From positions 2,304,001-2,368,000 of the forward strand of contig CH464491.1 of the NCBI GenBank assembly GCA_000002445.1: a DNA stretch of 64,000 nt. Direction: 5' to 3'. Shown in pieces: positions 42,853-53,831 of the stretch. The notes below the pieces were generated by a model. It was not told the DNA's origin. It did no database searches and saw only the letters and a program-made list of their open reading frames with translations. The stretch is from Trypanosoma brucei. Its lineage: Eukaryota. The position numbers were made by a program, and so were the translations under genes. Position 1 is the stretch's first letter, and each line of letters starts with the position of its first letter.

Positions 42853-44394
42853 TTGAGTATCATGCAAAGGTCGCTGTACCTGCCATTCTTTTCTCATCCC
42901 TGCTCATTATTCATTTGCGTCCTTTCCAGGACTTCCTTTTCACCCATTTTCTGTATCCTCATCCTTCGCCTGCAGGTAGCGCTCAGATACCGCGGCATGT
43001 GGCGTCACAGCTGTATTCTTCATGGAATACCCCCTGCAGAGGGGCTGATGACAACCCCCGGAACGCTGCCGCCCACTTCATCCTCTCCGCGTTGTACGCA
43101 CACTTGTGTGGTTCGTGACCAACACCGCGGCCGTGACAACCGCGATTTCGCGCTTTTATCCACGTCGGCATCTCCCGGGGGTCGGCTGCTCTCCTTGCAT
43201 ATCGATAGCGAGCGGGCGGAACTGCGCCAGGCGCGGATCGCAGCTGTGAGTGATTCCCTGTTGAAAACAAGGGGGGCCGCCATGCACTTGCGTCTGACTT
43301 CCTCCCGGAGTGGTGGCGTGGCGCGCGGCGCTGGGTTTGACGCTGGCGAACAAACTCGGGGGAAAGTGCCAACGCCCCTTCAAATGACACCGTGGAGCCG
43401 CGTGGATACCACTGTTTTGGTTACAGATGACTATTGTGAACCGGTACGGCGCCTCCGGCTGTACAGTGAGCATGAGGACACCGCGGTCGTAATGGCGCCG
43501 GACGCGTTGTACCAACTGCGGTTGGATCCGCTGATAAGGGAGTGCTTCTTCGATGTGGGTTGCGCGGCTGTGAACGCAACGGCGGTGGACTGCTGGGGGC
43601 CGCATTGCGCGGTCGTCGGATTTTCTTCGGGTGATTTGTCCGTTGTTGACTGGCGTGACCCAGGTGGTGGTCCGCTGCTGCGGACCAGGCCGCCTCAGCC
43701 ACCATTTGTTGCCCTACCGAAGTGCGGACGGCGCCTTGCAACTGCTCCACTATTTACAGGTGTGATGTCGTGTTGCTCGCTGGATGATGGATTCCGAATT
43801 GTGTGCGGGTTTGGAGATTTCGCCGGAACAGTTGTGGTTGCAGACCTGCGGAAAGCCGTGACGAACTCGAGCGATAAAAGGAAGAGTGGTCGCCGTTCTT
43901 TGGGGAAGGAAGGTCAGGATGCCGTTCTTACTGGCTCCTTTTCATCACCCACCTCCTACCCAGTATGCGACATGAGGCACTGTCGTGACAGCTTTGGCAC
44001 AATTGGCATGGTAGACACAGGAGGGACGGCACTCCTAACGTCAATAGGTGCACTGGAGTCGGGCGCTCTAAAGGCCCGTCGAGCACGGTGTGGGGCGGTT
44101 GCCAATGGAACCTTCGTGAGCGAACTCAAGCGTGGTGATGATGTTCCTATTAAGCATACGCGTGCCCTGCGGTGTGACGTTTCACCAAATGGATCTTTTG
44201 TAGCGAGCACGGCTGCGGGGCCTTGGTCAGCTTCACTTACAACCCTTTGTGGTAGGAGTGTTCCTCTTGGTTTCGGCTACTCTGCGGTGGAGGGGCTTGG
44301 AGAAGAGGTGTTCACGTCGATTTCATGTATGGGATCGGTCGTGGGCGCTCAGGCAATAGATGGGAGCGTCGTCCACGCCACCATTGAACCGTAA
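42853..44394 (+). CDS. hypothetical protein, possibly WD-repeat-like
   Basis: 513 aa ORF with coding-like composition. It has weak WD-like strands ('GDLSVVDWRD', 'RIVCGFGDFAGTVVVADLRK'). The N-terminal 50 codons look like leader, so the start is probably the internal Met 'MWRHS' or 'MTTPGT'. Confidence 0.45.
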   Translation: MSIMQRSLYLPFFSHPCSLFICVLSRTSFSPIFCILILRLQVALRYRGMWRHSCILHGIPPAEGLMTTPGTLPPTSSSPRCTHTCVVRDQHRGRDNRDFALLSTSASPGGRLLSLHIDSERAELRQARIAAVSDSLLKTRGAAMHLRLTSSRSGGVARGAGFDAGEQTRGKVPTPLQMTPWSRVDTTVLVTDDYCEPVRRLRLYSEHEDTAVVMAPDALYQLRLDPLIRECFFDVGCAAVNATAVDCWGPHCAVVGFSSGDLSVVDWRDPGGGPLLRTRPPQPPFVALPKCGRRLATAPLFTGVMSCCSLDDGFRIVCGFGDFAGTVVVADLRKAVTNSSDKRKSGRRSLGKEGQDAVLTGSFSSPTSYPVCDMRHCRDSFGTIGMVDTGGTALLTSIGALESGALKARRARCGAVANGTFVSELKRGDDVPIKHTRALRCDVSPNGSFVASTAAGPWSASLTTLCGRSVPLGFGYSAVEGLGEEVFTSISCMGSVVGAQAIDGSVVHATIEP

Positions 44395-44621
44395 TGGGAG
44401 TTATTTGAGTGCCAGAAGATTGATCACCCGGTGGGCAGTTTTTTGTGTGTGCCTTCTCTGTGAATTACTGTGGTGCAGTTGTAAAATATTTCCACCGATG
44501 TCTCTCTTCTCACGGGCGCAATATTGAGAAACTCGGTCGGATCTTTTTTTTCCTCCCTCTTACGGGACCACAATAAAAACTGAAACCAATGAAATGGGTT
44601 GCTTCAAACCCCTGCTGTTAG

Positions 44622-46496
44622 TTGAATTGTTGTTCGTGCTTTATGACAACTTTTCCCCCTGTGGTGTACTGCACCGCTGATGCTACAGTTTCGCCGTCAC
44701 CCGCCGTTTGTCTTTTGACTGCCGGCTGTAGGCGGCCGTGTTGCAGTTGGCGAATAGCGCTTAAGGTAAGTTTTTCACAAACCCCCATCGCCCAGTGTTT
44801 TTCTTACAACCTGCTATCATTTGCCCTTTGTCTTCGCTTATGTGTTGCGATGCGCTTACGCACGCAAGTAGTGGGAATAGGACAGCTTAGAACATCTTTT
44901 ACTTCACGAATTTGTATGGGTCGTAGGAGCAACTCTGTCTTCTTCCATCTTTGGCTGAGCTTTGCTTCCCTTTGCCTGGGAAACAGCGACAGTTCAGAGG
45001 GGTCACCCCCAGTTTCTAATGGGACATCGCCTGTAGTTTTGAGTGATCAGTCGGTAGCTAATATGGAAGCAAACGACTCTCAATGGAAGCCTATTCGCAT
45101 CGTGGTATCGGCGAAGGACCTTGATGACTCACTGAAGTATTGCGTGGTGGCCGGCGTCCCCCGGCCCGACTTTATGGGCGGGACTTTGCGCTGCAAAACT
45201 GGCGATGTATTGACGAATGAAAAACGACTAATACTTACAGAGCACGCCCTTCCCAGTGCTATCCACTTACATGCCGAGAGACTTCTTGTTGGCATGGAAA
45301 TCGACAACATCGTCGTTCCAGAGTTTGATTCACCTGCGTGTAAAAGTTTCACCGTTCCCATACATCACCGTTCTGTCGGTGTGCCGCAGGCGGATATTAT
45401 TTTGTACGTGGCTTCTGGGCCTGCGCCTCACGATGGTCCCGCTTACGCAACAACATGTGCTTCGCTTCTCTCTGGGCGTCCAATCGCAGGGGCCATAAAT
45501 TTCTCTCCTAGCGCAATCACTGAGTCGTACCTGTACATTCGGACCGTCGCCCACGAAATAGCCCACGTGCTTGGCTTCAATTTCGAAGCCATGAAGCAGC
45601 TCAACATGGTGGGTACAAAAAATATCCGAGGTAAGTCCTCTGTGAAGGTTGTAAAGACACCCAATGTAGTTAAGGTGGCACGTCAATATTACGGTTGCGG
45701 CAAGATCACTGGCATGGAACTGGAAGATAATGGGGATGACAGCGTACGTAACTCGCACTGGAAACGCCGCATTGCAAGAGACGATCTAATGACTGCCATC
45801 ATGGGGGTTAGTCACTACAGTGAGCTAACATTGGCCTTTTTCCTTGATACGGGGTTTTATAGGGTAAATTGGGAGAAAGGGGAACGTATGCGATGGGGCC
45901 ATGGGGCGGGCTGCAGTTTCATAGAGGGAAAATGCATGGAAAACAATGAAACAAACTTCCCAGACATGTTCTGTAACGACTCTGCGGAAACGCTGTCCTG
46001 CACACATGACCGACAAGCACTTGGGCGCTGCACTGTGCATTCATATGCCGTACCCATAGAGGAAAGTGTGCGATACTTCACGATGTCCTGGGTAGGAGGC
46101 AGTGACAATAATCTAATGGACTATTGCCCTGTTGTAGAACCCTATACGGATAGCTACTGCCGAGATGGTCGGCGGGAGCTGTTACCCGGTAGCCGCATAG
46201 GGGAGAGTTCACGTTGCGTTAAGGGTGAAGGACTAGTTGCCTTCACTACTCATGTTGGCGACATATGTGTGGAGATTCATTGTGGAAAGAGGAGGGGAGT
46301 TAGTATACGTTACAGTGGTGATGATAGCTGGCACGTGTGCCCAGAGGGTGGGCATGTGACGCCCGATAAAACCTTTTCAGAAGGCCGCATTGTGTGCCCT
46401 AAGTGGGAAGAAGTTTGCGACGACAATGCCATGACTCTATCATGTCTAGCTGCCGTGTTCGCCATCTTCGTCAGTGCCCTTTCTTTGGTTGTATGA
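44622..46496 (+). CDS. GP63/leishmanolysin-family zinc metalloprotease (major surface protease)
   Basis: 624 aa ORF. It has the zinc-binding 'VAHEIAHVLGF' (HExxH) and a downstream 'NSHWKRR' third-His region with a Met-turn 'TAIMGV'. It is Cys-rich and has a C-terminal hydrophobic tail 'LSCLAAVFAIFVSALSLVV' consistent with a GPI signal. The true start is likely the internal Met 'MRLRTQVV' or 'MGRRSNSVFFHLWLSFASLCLG' (signal peptide). Confidence 0.8.
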   Translation: MNCCSCFMTTFPPVVYCTADATVSPSPAVCLLTAGCRRPCCSWRIALKVSFSQTPIAQCFSYNLLSFALCLRLCVAMRLRTQVVGIGQLRTSFTSRICMGRRSNSVFFHLWLSFASLCLGNSDSSEGSPPVSNGTSPVVLSDQSVANMEANDSQWKPIRIVVSAKDLDDSLKYCVVAGVPRPDFMGGTLRCKTGDVLTNEKRLILTEHALPSAIHLHAERLLVGMEIDNIVVPEFDSPACKSFTVPIHHRSVGVPQADIILYVASGPAPHDGPAYATTCASLLSGRPIAGAINFSPSAITESYLYIRTVAHEIAHVLGFNFEAMKQLNMVGTKNIRGKSSVKVVKTPNVVKVARQYYGCGKITGMELEDNGDDSVRNSHWKRRIARDDLMTAIMGVSHYSELTLAFFLDTGFYRVNWEKGERMRWGHGAGCSFIEGKCMENNETNFPDMFCNDSAETLSCTHDRQALGRCTVHSYAVPIEESVRYFTMSWVGGSDNNLMDYCPVVEPYTDSYCRDGRRELLPGSRIGESSRCVKGEGLVAFTTHVGDICVEIHCGKRRGVSIRYSGDDSWHVCPEGGHVTPDKTFSEGRIVCPKWEEVCDDNAMTLSCLAAVFAIFVSALSLVV

Positions 46497-47678
46497 ATCG
46501 TGTGACGTGTGGGGATCAAATATCAACCCCGTGGCTCCCGCGTCAGTCCCAACGTAGCAAGGAGGGGACGTGTTGTTTAACAAAAAGTATTCTTTTTTTT
46601 TTTGCCTTTCTATCACCCCCTTCCGGAAGGTTACAGGGGTCTTTTAAAACCGTTTATATATTTTATTGCTCCCTATCACGTCGCTGGAAAATATGAACCG
46701 TGGAGTGGGACAAGTTTGTTTTGTTCCGCGGTACTCTCCCTTCCGGGAATGGTTGGGGTTACTGATTGCGCTTGTTGGCTGAAGGATGAGCGAGTGGTCA
46801 TTGGGAAGGGAGGAAGGAACGAAATAGAATTCGACTAATGATAAATAATTTTAAATAGTGTCCCTCTGCAACCGTCCCTTTTCCAGCTTATTCTTTCGGT
46901 TGAGCGTGTAAGGGGGGATTGTGAACGCCCTCATGGTGTTTACAGTTTTTCTCATCCCTATGTTTCGATCTTCTTTTTGGGGGGTTTACCGCTTTCGATG
47001 CGGGGACTGAGTGTGGCAATTGCTTCGTTCCACTTGGCGGTTGGGAAATCACACCAAGTGCTCATTTTTAAACTTCCCGAGTGAGGATCTCTTGTAGCTT
47101 CGATGCCCTTCACCTTTTCATGTTTTTTTTCGCCTTCCTTTAACTGTGGTGAGAAGAAACTCCCAGCATACGGACGTTTAATACAGTGCAACTAAAGGGA
47201 TGAAGAGGACGAGGATGGAGAATTGTACGGGGTGAATGATTTTTTTACAAACACAGCTGAAAGGTGAGAAAAAGAGGGAAGGTAATAAAGAAAATTGAAA
47301 ACAGAACGTGTATGTGTAGCTCTCGTGGCACACGCTTGTGGCGGGGGCCTGCGTTTTTCGCTCATATACGCGCACACTCTTTGTTCTGTATTTCTTTACT
47401 TGAATCAGCAATGTGTTTTTTTTTCTCGTTTTGGCTCTTGTCCCCCCCCCCCCCAGGAGAGGGGGGACGTTGTTGAACGTTAAGGACCGACTGCAAGTCC
47501 TCGGAAGAGTGCACGGGCTCTGTTTCCATTGAGCTTCGGTGAAAAGAATCTGTTCTCAGCAACATGGTTTCACGCGCGAGCGAGCGATGTGTATTTTAAC
47601 GGATAATTGGCCTACCGCTAACGCTCATTGCGTGATCCAAAGGTGGGCTAATGATAACTCTTTCTCCCTCACATCTGT

Positions 47679-49781
47679 ATGCGCTTATGCAATAAATGGC
47701 AGATCTTAGACTTATGTACTTATTTGTTGTTTAAATGGCATCCCTTACACATTTTTTTCTCGTCTTGTCCATGGGAAACAAAAAAACATTCGCTAGCGAG
47801 CACAATAGGGAAGAGGCTTTGCATGCGCAAGGGGGGAAATGATGCATTTAACAACAGTTCTCAGGAGGGTTTGCGAGTGGTGGGGGAGGTGGGGCGAACG
47901 ACCCCACCTTCAGCATTTGAGCATGCACGGGATCTGATATGCGGCATTCTCGCCAACTGGCCGTACCCATCCCAAGCAGTGTCTCTTCTGCTCTGCGGCC
48001 CTTCCGGAAACGGTAAAAGTTATCTTGTACGAGCTGCTGCTGAAAAGGTCCGCACACAAGATTTTCACCGCCATGTCATAGCAGTCATGCCTTCGTTGGC
48101 CCATTCTTTATCAAGGCGTCATGCGGATGGGAGTACGGCTTTTCGAAAAGATATCCGTAGGGCTATCCAGACAGCGGTTATGAACGAGGAACTGTCGCTT
48201 CCCAACAGCAGCGGCGGCTTAGGGGTCAGTGGTGGTACCGAGTTTGCTGTTCTCGTTGTTCTCGATCATATGGAATTGTTCTTATCAGCCGCCAGTGATG
48301 CTGCGACTCCTGCTCAAGGCAGTGGACCAAAATCAGGACTAGTGGTTGATGTGGCACCACTTAACCCCTCCGTGTTGTGTGATCTCTATGATGTGCTACG
48401 CGGAAGGGAGCTATTCGATCGGGGTGAGTTGACTGCTATGAATTTGAAGGTGGTCCTTTTCGTAACGCTCTTCAGTGGTTCGTACGATGACGTAGATCCC
48501 TTTGCCAGAGCAAAGCTATTCTGCTCCCACGTGTCGTTGAACACACCAACGGAGCGGGAACGCCTCACGTTCTTTACAGGACATGCTGACCTTCCCTACA
48601 CCTTGTGCACTGCTTTGGCAGCACGTACAGGCGGCATTATTTACAGAGGACTGGTCGAAATCATTGAGCATGCGAAAAGCATCTTTTGCAATGTTGTTTC
48701 CGAGGAGGGTCGCCTATTGCTTTCCAACGAGGATGCTGAATCAGCTAGAAATGATGGAAGCAGCGACTATTCAAATGCTTCAAACGCTGTAGGGTTAGCT
48801 GTAAATGTATCACTGCATGTGATCCGAGCATTCGCGGCAAGCGATTCCGCGGCTGCAAGGGACTTTCGGCGGAGTGTTGGCTACGTGGACGTTCAGCAAA
48901 CACGGTGGGACGATATCGCTGGTTTGGACAGTGCCAAATCGACGCTTAAGCGCCTCGTATTGCAGCCACTGCAGTCGAACTTGGTGTACCAGCGCTTTGG
49001 GCTTCAACCATCCACGGGGGTTCTCCTTTACGGTCCACCGGGGACGGGGAAAACGATGCTTGCGAGGGCGATAGCAACGGAACTCAATGCTTCCTTCATC
49101 TACCTCGACCTCCCCCAGCTGATCCAAGCGGAGATGGGCGAGTCCGAGCGGCGCCTTCGGGAGTTCTTCGACGCCGCGCGAGATCGAAGCCCATCCGTCA
49201 TGTTTATTGATGAACTCCAGGCAGCATTCGGCGCTCGTAGTCGAACTGCATCTGTTCACGATTCGAGACTTGTCTCGCAATTTCTTAACTTGCTCGATGC
49301 GGCACGTGAGGACAGCTCTTATTTCACCCTCTTTGTAGGTGCAACAAACGTTGTACACACGTTAGATGGTGAGCTTTTACGCGCTGGTCGGCTCGACACG
49401 ATGGTGGAGGTCCCACCCCTGGACGAGGAGGCGAGGCTTGGATTAGTACGCCGCGTGGTGTATGGAGAGTGGGTTGCCTGGGCTGCATATGCAGCAACGG
49501 AAGCCGCTGGCAACCTAAGATGTGGCATGGATGGTATGGAGGCGCTGACACGTCGGCTTGTTGACGGCACGGTAGGGTTCAGTGGGGCTCAGTTGCGTCA
49601 GACGTTGAACGTGTTCGCTCTGCAGTTTCTTCGACTCAGATGTGGTACAACTACTGGCAGCGGTAATGCGGCATCCACTATTACTCTGCAGGACACCGCC
49701 GCAGGCATGGATGCGTCTGAGTCTCACAATCGTATTGAAGAGGCACTAAGGTTTGCGCTGTCGAGCGCAGTGCGTTACTAG
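47679..49781 (+). CDS. AAA+ ATPase with two AAA modules (degenerate D1, canonical D2), CDC48/PEX1/PEX6-like
   Basis: 700 aa ORF. D2 has Walker A 'GPPGTGKT', Walker B 'VMFIDELQA' and an arginine-finger region. D1 has a degenerate 'GPSGNGKSYL' P-loop. Confidence 0.8.
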   Translation: MRLCNKWQILDLCTYLLFKWHPLHIFFSSCPWETKKHSLASTIGKRLCMRKGGNDAFNNSSQEGLRVVGEVGRTTPPSAFEHARDLICGILANWPYPSQAVSLLLCGPSGNGKSYLVRAAAEKVRTQDFHRHVIAVMPSLAHSLSRRHADGSTAFRKDIRRAIQTAVMNEELSLPNSSGGLGVSGGTEFAVLVVLDHMELFLSAASDAATPAQGSGPKSGLVVDVAPLNPSVLCDLYDVLRGRELFDRGELTAMNLKVVLFVTLFSGSYDDVDPFARAKLFCSHVSLNTPTERERLTFFTGHADLPYTLCTALAARTGGIIYRGLVEIIEHAKSIFCNVVSEEGRLLLSNEDAESARNDGSSDYSNASNAVGLAVNVSLHVIRAFAASDSAAARDFRRSVGYVDVQQTRWDDIAGLDSAKSTLKRLVLQPLQSNLVYQRFGLQPSTGVLLYGPPGTGKTMLARAIATELNASFIYLDLPQLIQAEMGESERRLREFFDAARDRSPSVMFIDELQAAFGARSRTASVHDSRLVSQFLNLLDAAREDSSYFTLFVGATNVVHTLDGELLRAGRLDTMVEVPPLDEEARLGLVRRVVYGEWVAWAAYAATEAAGNLRCGMDGMEALTRRLVDGTVGFSGAQLRQTLNVFALQFLRLRCGTTTGSGNAASTITLQDTAAGMDASESHNRIEEALRFALSSAVRY

Positions 49782-50075
49782 TGGCATCCTCAGAGCTGTA
49801 ACGAGAGAGCTTTAATATCTTCTTTGCGATGCACGGAAATTCACCTGCGCATCGGATTGTTGAATTCGAAAGTGTTTCGAGGATACTAACTTTTTTTTTT
49901 TTGCGGTGTCTGCCGCTCTCTGCCTCTGCAGGTTGATTGAAGTGACCAGGCCATCAGCTGGCCGCGCCTTCCCACACACGCTGAAACACCACAATAACGA
50001 GTAAATACCGGAAACTGTTCATTGTATTTCATCCGTCCTTGTATAACTCTCCTTACGTTGGGGAGTTGAAATGAA

Positions 50076-50567
50076 TTGTACCTTGTTGTCTTACCCCATT
50101 TGTCTCCAAATCAAAAGCGAAAGGGTATTGAAAAGGGCAAGAACGTAAGTCTACGCGATACATTGGAGATCACAACCATGGGAAGGATAGGGGACACTCC
50201 GATGATCATCATTGGCCTTCTCGGTTTTATGGGTGTCGCAGCTGCGGCGATTGGCGCGCACTGGCTACATCCGAACCTTCCTGAGAAAGACAGACGGGCC
50301 TGGGACTACGCAGTTCAGTTCAACCTTATCCACACTGCAGCAATGATGGCTATCTTTGCCGTTTGCAAGTCAGTTCATCCGGAAGGCAGCGCCGCTAAGT
50401 GGCTCAACCGCAGTTTCGTGTTATTGTTCGCTGGAACAACGATCTTTTGCGGTACCGTCTATGCCATCTGCTTGGGAGTCCCTGGAAAACAAGTGGGTCC
50501 TCTGGCTCCTGTCGGCGCCATCACAATGATGTTGGGGTGGGTGTCTGTTGCAATTGCAGGTTTCTAA
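50076..50567 (+). CDS. TMEM256/DUF423-family small membrane protein
   Basis: 163 aa ORF, with a likely start at M near 50187 (about 126 aa). It has four hydrophobic segments. The motifs 'AAAAIGAHW', 'FAGTTIFCGTVY' and 'LAPVGAITMMLGWVSVA' match the DUF423 pattern of human TMEM256 ('YGAHG', 'ASGTTLFCTSFY', 'LAPAGGTLLLLGWLA'). Confidence 0.55.
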   Translation: MYLVVLPHLSPNQKRKGIEKGKNVSLRDTLEITTMGRIGDTPMIIIGLLGFMGVAAAAIGAHWLHPNLPEKDRRAWDYAVQFNLIHTAAMMAIFAVCKSVHPEGSAAKWLNRSFVLLFAGTTIFCGTVYAICLGVPGKQVGPLAPVGAITMMLGWVSVAIAGF

Positions 50568-50939
50568 GGATTAAAAAATACCAACAACGCGGATGGGGGT
50601 TAGGGGAAGTTGTATACATATATGCATGGTCAAAGGACATCGCGTAAAGATGTCCACTGCAAACCAACATAAGCGGGGGTGACCTCAAGAAATCCGTAAA
50701 ACGTTGTGCAGCAAGAATGCTGCGACATTTCCCCGCATGTTTTCTTTTTGCTTGTCTTTTTTTCCTGCTTAGTTGTTTGAATAATGAATTGCTAGCTGTA
50801 TCGCTGCAGCGCTATGTTTAAGGATGTTCCACCATCACATTGGTGAATAAGATTTTGACATCGGTGCTTCGCTGCCGTTCTCAATGCAGGTGGGTGACGG
50901 TCAGGTGCACTCTCTCTATTTCCCTCAGTTTTTTTTCCT

Positions 50940-51416
50940 TTGCTATCTCTGCCTCGCTGGTGGCCGCGCTGCAATAAGAAGGAACATACAAAGGGTAACA
51001 AAACCCTCGTAAGAGCAATGAGCGCACAAGGGGATCCACTTCTCCAGGGAACCTATATCCAGGATGACGTGGAGGATGTTCGTTCTACTTCGAAAGCAAT
51101 TGAGCAATTTGAAGCATGTTTGGCGAGCGGCCAACCAATTCATAGCACAAAGTTCCCCAAGAGAAATCATAAGCCAGCACCAGGGACGCCGTTATATCGT
51201 GCAGCAGCAAAAGTCGGTCAAAAACTCCACGGGGGACAAGGGCTTCAACACTCCCAGCAGCAACAACAACAATTAGTTCGGCGAAGGACACTGACAAGCG
51301 CCACGCACCGACCATCCGAAAAACAGGGGCTCTCTGAGGAGGCGTTGGAACGCCTAGAAGATATTGAAGCGGTTCACCGGCTGGGAGCTGATTCTAGTGA
51401 TGACAATGACGATTGA
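50940..51416 (+). CDS. hypothetical protein with an acidic C-terminus
   Basis: 158 aa ORF with a probable start at M near 51019 (MSAQGDPLL). It contains a polyQ stretch and an acidic tail 'SSDDNDD'. There is weak codon evidence only. Confidence 0.35.
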   Translation: MLSLPRWWPRCNKKEHTKGNKTLVRAMSAQGDPLLQGTYIQDDVEDVRSTSKAIEQFEACLASGQPIHSTKFPKRNHKPAPGTPLYRAAAKVGQKLHGGQGLQHSQQQQQQLVRRRTLTSATHRPSEKQGLSEEALERLEDIEAVHRLGADSSDDNDD

Positions 51417-51968
51417 CAGAACCACGAACTTTTGCGCGGCAACGTTCCTGCAACTCTTGCCTCAAGTCGAGAGAGGAGTTGAAAAAAAGAAAGGTGTGTG
51501 ACACGTGATCTTTGGTCTTTCACGCCATGTGATGTCAGGATCACGCTACCGTGGACAGAGGGAATAGACTTGAATGGTAGAACTCAGTTTTTAGCTTTTC
51601 TCCCATTGTTCTTCGACACTTTTTTACGGCCGTCGGTAACCACTACAGTTTGAGTCGCACCTGCTGTTTCTAACATAAAGGGGAGTTTTGCCCTACTTCT
51701 CAGTGTGTGGTGTTTCAGCAAGTTGAAGAAGAAAGGGAAAGGATATCTCAGTTCTCCGGTTTGTGGGCCCTTCTAAGAATTGATGCGCTGCTGCGGTCAT
51801 TGTGCCACCACACTTCCCGCTAACTGGTGGAACGTACATCATCCCCTCTATATTCCTAAAACCCCCTTTATAACCTACTCCTTCCCTTCTTTTTATTACA
51901 TGCGTTACCTGCGGGAAAGTAACGGCCCCCGCCGGTTACCCACGTCGTAGGTCCTCCATGCAGAATAG

Positions 51969-53831
51969 ATGGAAGAGGTCAGTAACGTGGTGAAGACTTA
52001 CTACGAAGTGATTGGAAAGAAGGATGAGGACATCTTCGAGCTCTACCGTGACAACAGGCGGCTACAAAAACAACTAGATGAAACGTTAACCGGCGAAGAG
52101 GATCGTGAGGCCGAGCGGCGGATTCTAAAGTTGCTTGTTGCGGCGTTACAGACAGAACTGAAAGAAAAGCATCTGTTCATTCAGGAGCAGGAAAGGGAAA
52201 GGAATGCGCTGCAGAGTGCCCTCGTGCGGGCTCGTGAGGCGCTCAACATGAACTCCGAGTTGGATCACCCCGCCAATGACGTTGTAGATTCCCTCATCGC
52301 CCATTATATGATGTGCTACGAGTTGCAGACACAACTACGGGCACTCCTACAGGTCTCCATAAATAATTGTACAGCTGCGCGATTTATGCTAATGGAAAAT
52401 GAGGAACGGGAACGCCGTATCATCGCAGAAACCAGTGAGTTATCGTATACCACTATAGTTTCGTCGGCTCAACACACGCGGGCCGCTATTATACAACGGG
52501 ACCTGCTGCGGTTAGAATACGAGGATGTAGAGCGGGAGCACCGTCAGAAGGAGGAGCTCGTTCGGAAGCAGCACTTGGTGGAGCATCATCGACAGGAAAG
52601 GCTTTTGGAAATGTGGCAGGAGAAGGCAAACACGGCCGTTGACAGTCTCATGTTGCACCAGACTCTGACGGTTCATGAAAGGAAAGAGAAGGAGCTGTTG
52701 ATGGAGGGCGCAAGCGCTCGTCTCGATTTGATGGCGGAACAGAGTGCCGATTTACTTCGAATTTTGGCGTTTATCTTCAGGTCATTTCGGCGTTTTGATG
52801 AGCAGCTGCAGGAGGCCCACGGGAGGGCGGCTGAAGCACAAAAGAAGACTGAGAAGATGCAAATTAGTCTTTCCCAGGCGCGAGCCTGCGTCCGTGTATT
52901 GCAACACCCGGAAAGGACGGAAGTTAATACCCGTGCATTAGATAAAAGTGATTTTAGGGATAGGACGGATGAAGGCAACCCTCATCCGCTGTCACTGCTT
53001 TCGATCGATCGGCAGGGGGAATGTGCCGACCTGCATGCGTTGCGAGAGGAACACGCGGCACTCAAAACAGAATGGCAGAAGTACGTCGAGCGGGAACGTA
53101 TGATGCGACAGCAGTTGGTTTTAGCAACAAACCGCCACAGGGTGGAGAGGGACGACCTGGAGGCCAAAGCTGCAGAAGAACAACGTCGGCATGCAGTCCT
53201 CACCGTGGAGGTGAAGCGCACGAAAAAAGACATGAGGCAACGTACGAAGGAAGTGCGCCAGCTGCAGCAGCAGCTGCAAGATGTGCGAATGGAACTGGAA
53301 CGTAGTGTGGACCGTTGCCGCGATCTGGAGGGCCTTAACGATACCTTAAAAGAGAAGAATACTGTACTTCAAGACCGCGTGGAGACACAGCAAAAAGAAC
53401 ATGCCCTACGTGAAGAGCAGCTACAAGATCAAGTACGCACGAAGGAGACGTGGTGGGATGAAAAGAACCGCACGTATCAGGAGCACATCGCGTCCCTCCA
53501 GCAGCAACTCCGTGATGACAAAGACGGGTTTTTGAAGGAATTGAAAGAATGGACTGTTGTTCTTGACGATGCGCAAAGGAAGATTGCAGCAGCGGAGGGT
53601 GAGCGTGACAAGGAGAGGGCGCTGCGCTGTATGATGGAAGAACAGCACAGGGACGAGATTCGGCTGATTAAAAATGTCACGAACAACGAAAAAATGAAGT
53701 TGACGCGAGCGCTGCAAAAGAAAATTGGCAAACTCGAGATGGCTTGCAGGCGCAGCGCCGACGTCATTGCAGAACTACGTGAGGCGCTGCACCGAAGCAA
53801 AGGCGCTGCCGTAGATGATATAATGTTGTGA
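51969..53831 (+). CDS. coiled-coil protein (hypothetical)
   Basis: 620 aa ORF that is E/R/Q/L-rich with heptad-like periodicity throughout and no recognisable catalytic motifs. Confidence 0.55.
   Translation: MEEVSNVVKTYYEVIGKKDEDIFELYRDNRRLQKQLDETLTGEEDREAERRILKLLVAALQTELKEKHLFIQEQERERNALQSALVRAREALNMNSELDHPANDVVDSLIAHYMMCYELQTQLRALLQVSINNCTAARFMLMENEERERRIIAETSELSYTTIVSSAQHTRAAIIQRDLLRLEYEDVEREHRQKEELVRKQHLVEHHRQERLLEMWQEKANTAVDSLMLHQTLTVHERKEKELLMEGASARLDLMAEQSADLLRILAFIFRSFRRFDEQLQEAHGRAAEAQKKTEKMQISLSQARACVRVLQHPERTEVNTRALDKSDFRDRTDEGNPHPLSLLSIDRQGECADLHALREEHAALKTEWQKYVERERMMRQQLVLATNRHRVERDDLEAKAAEEQRRHAVLTVEVKRTKKDMRQRTKEVRQLQQQLQDVRMELERSVDRCRDLEGLNDTLKEKNTVLQDRVETQQKEHALREEQLQDQVRTKETWWDEKNRTYQEHIASLQQQLRDDKDGFLKELKEWTVVLDDAQRKIAAAEGERDKERALRCMMEEQHRDEIRLIKNVTNNEKMKLTRALQKKIGKLEMACRRSADVIAELREALHRSKGAAVDDIML

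Noticed and set aside
42983-43750. Minus-strand ORFs (135, 149 and 109 aa) overlapping the 513-aa + strand ORF
   Set aside because: They are GC-rich antisense shadows. The + strand ORF is much longer and all neighbouring genes are on the + strand.
48810-49358. 182-aa minus-strand ORF inside the AAA ATPase gene
   Set aside because: It lies antisense to a gene with unambiguous Walker A/B motifs. The ORF is a chance result of GC-rich sequence.
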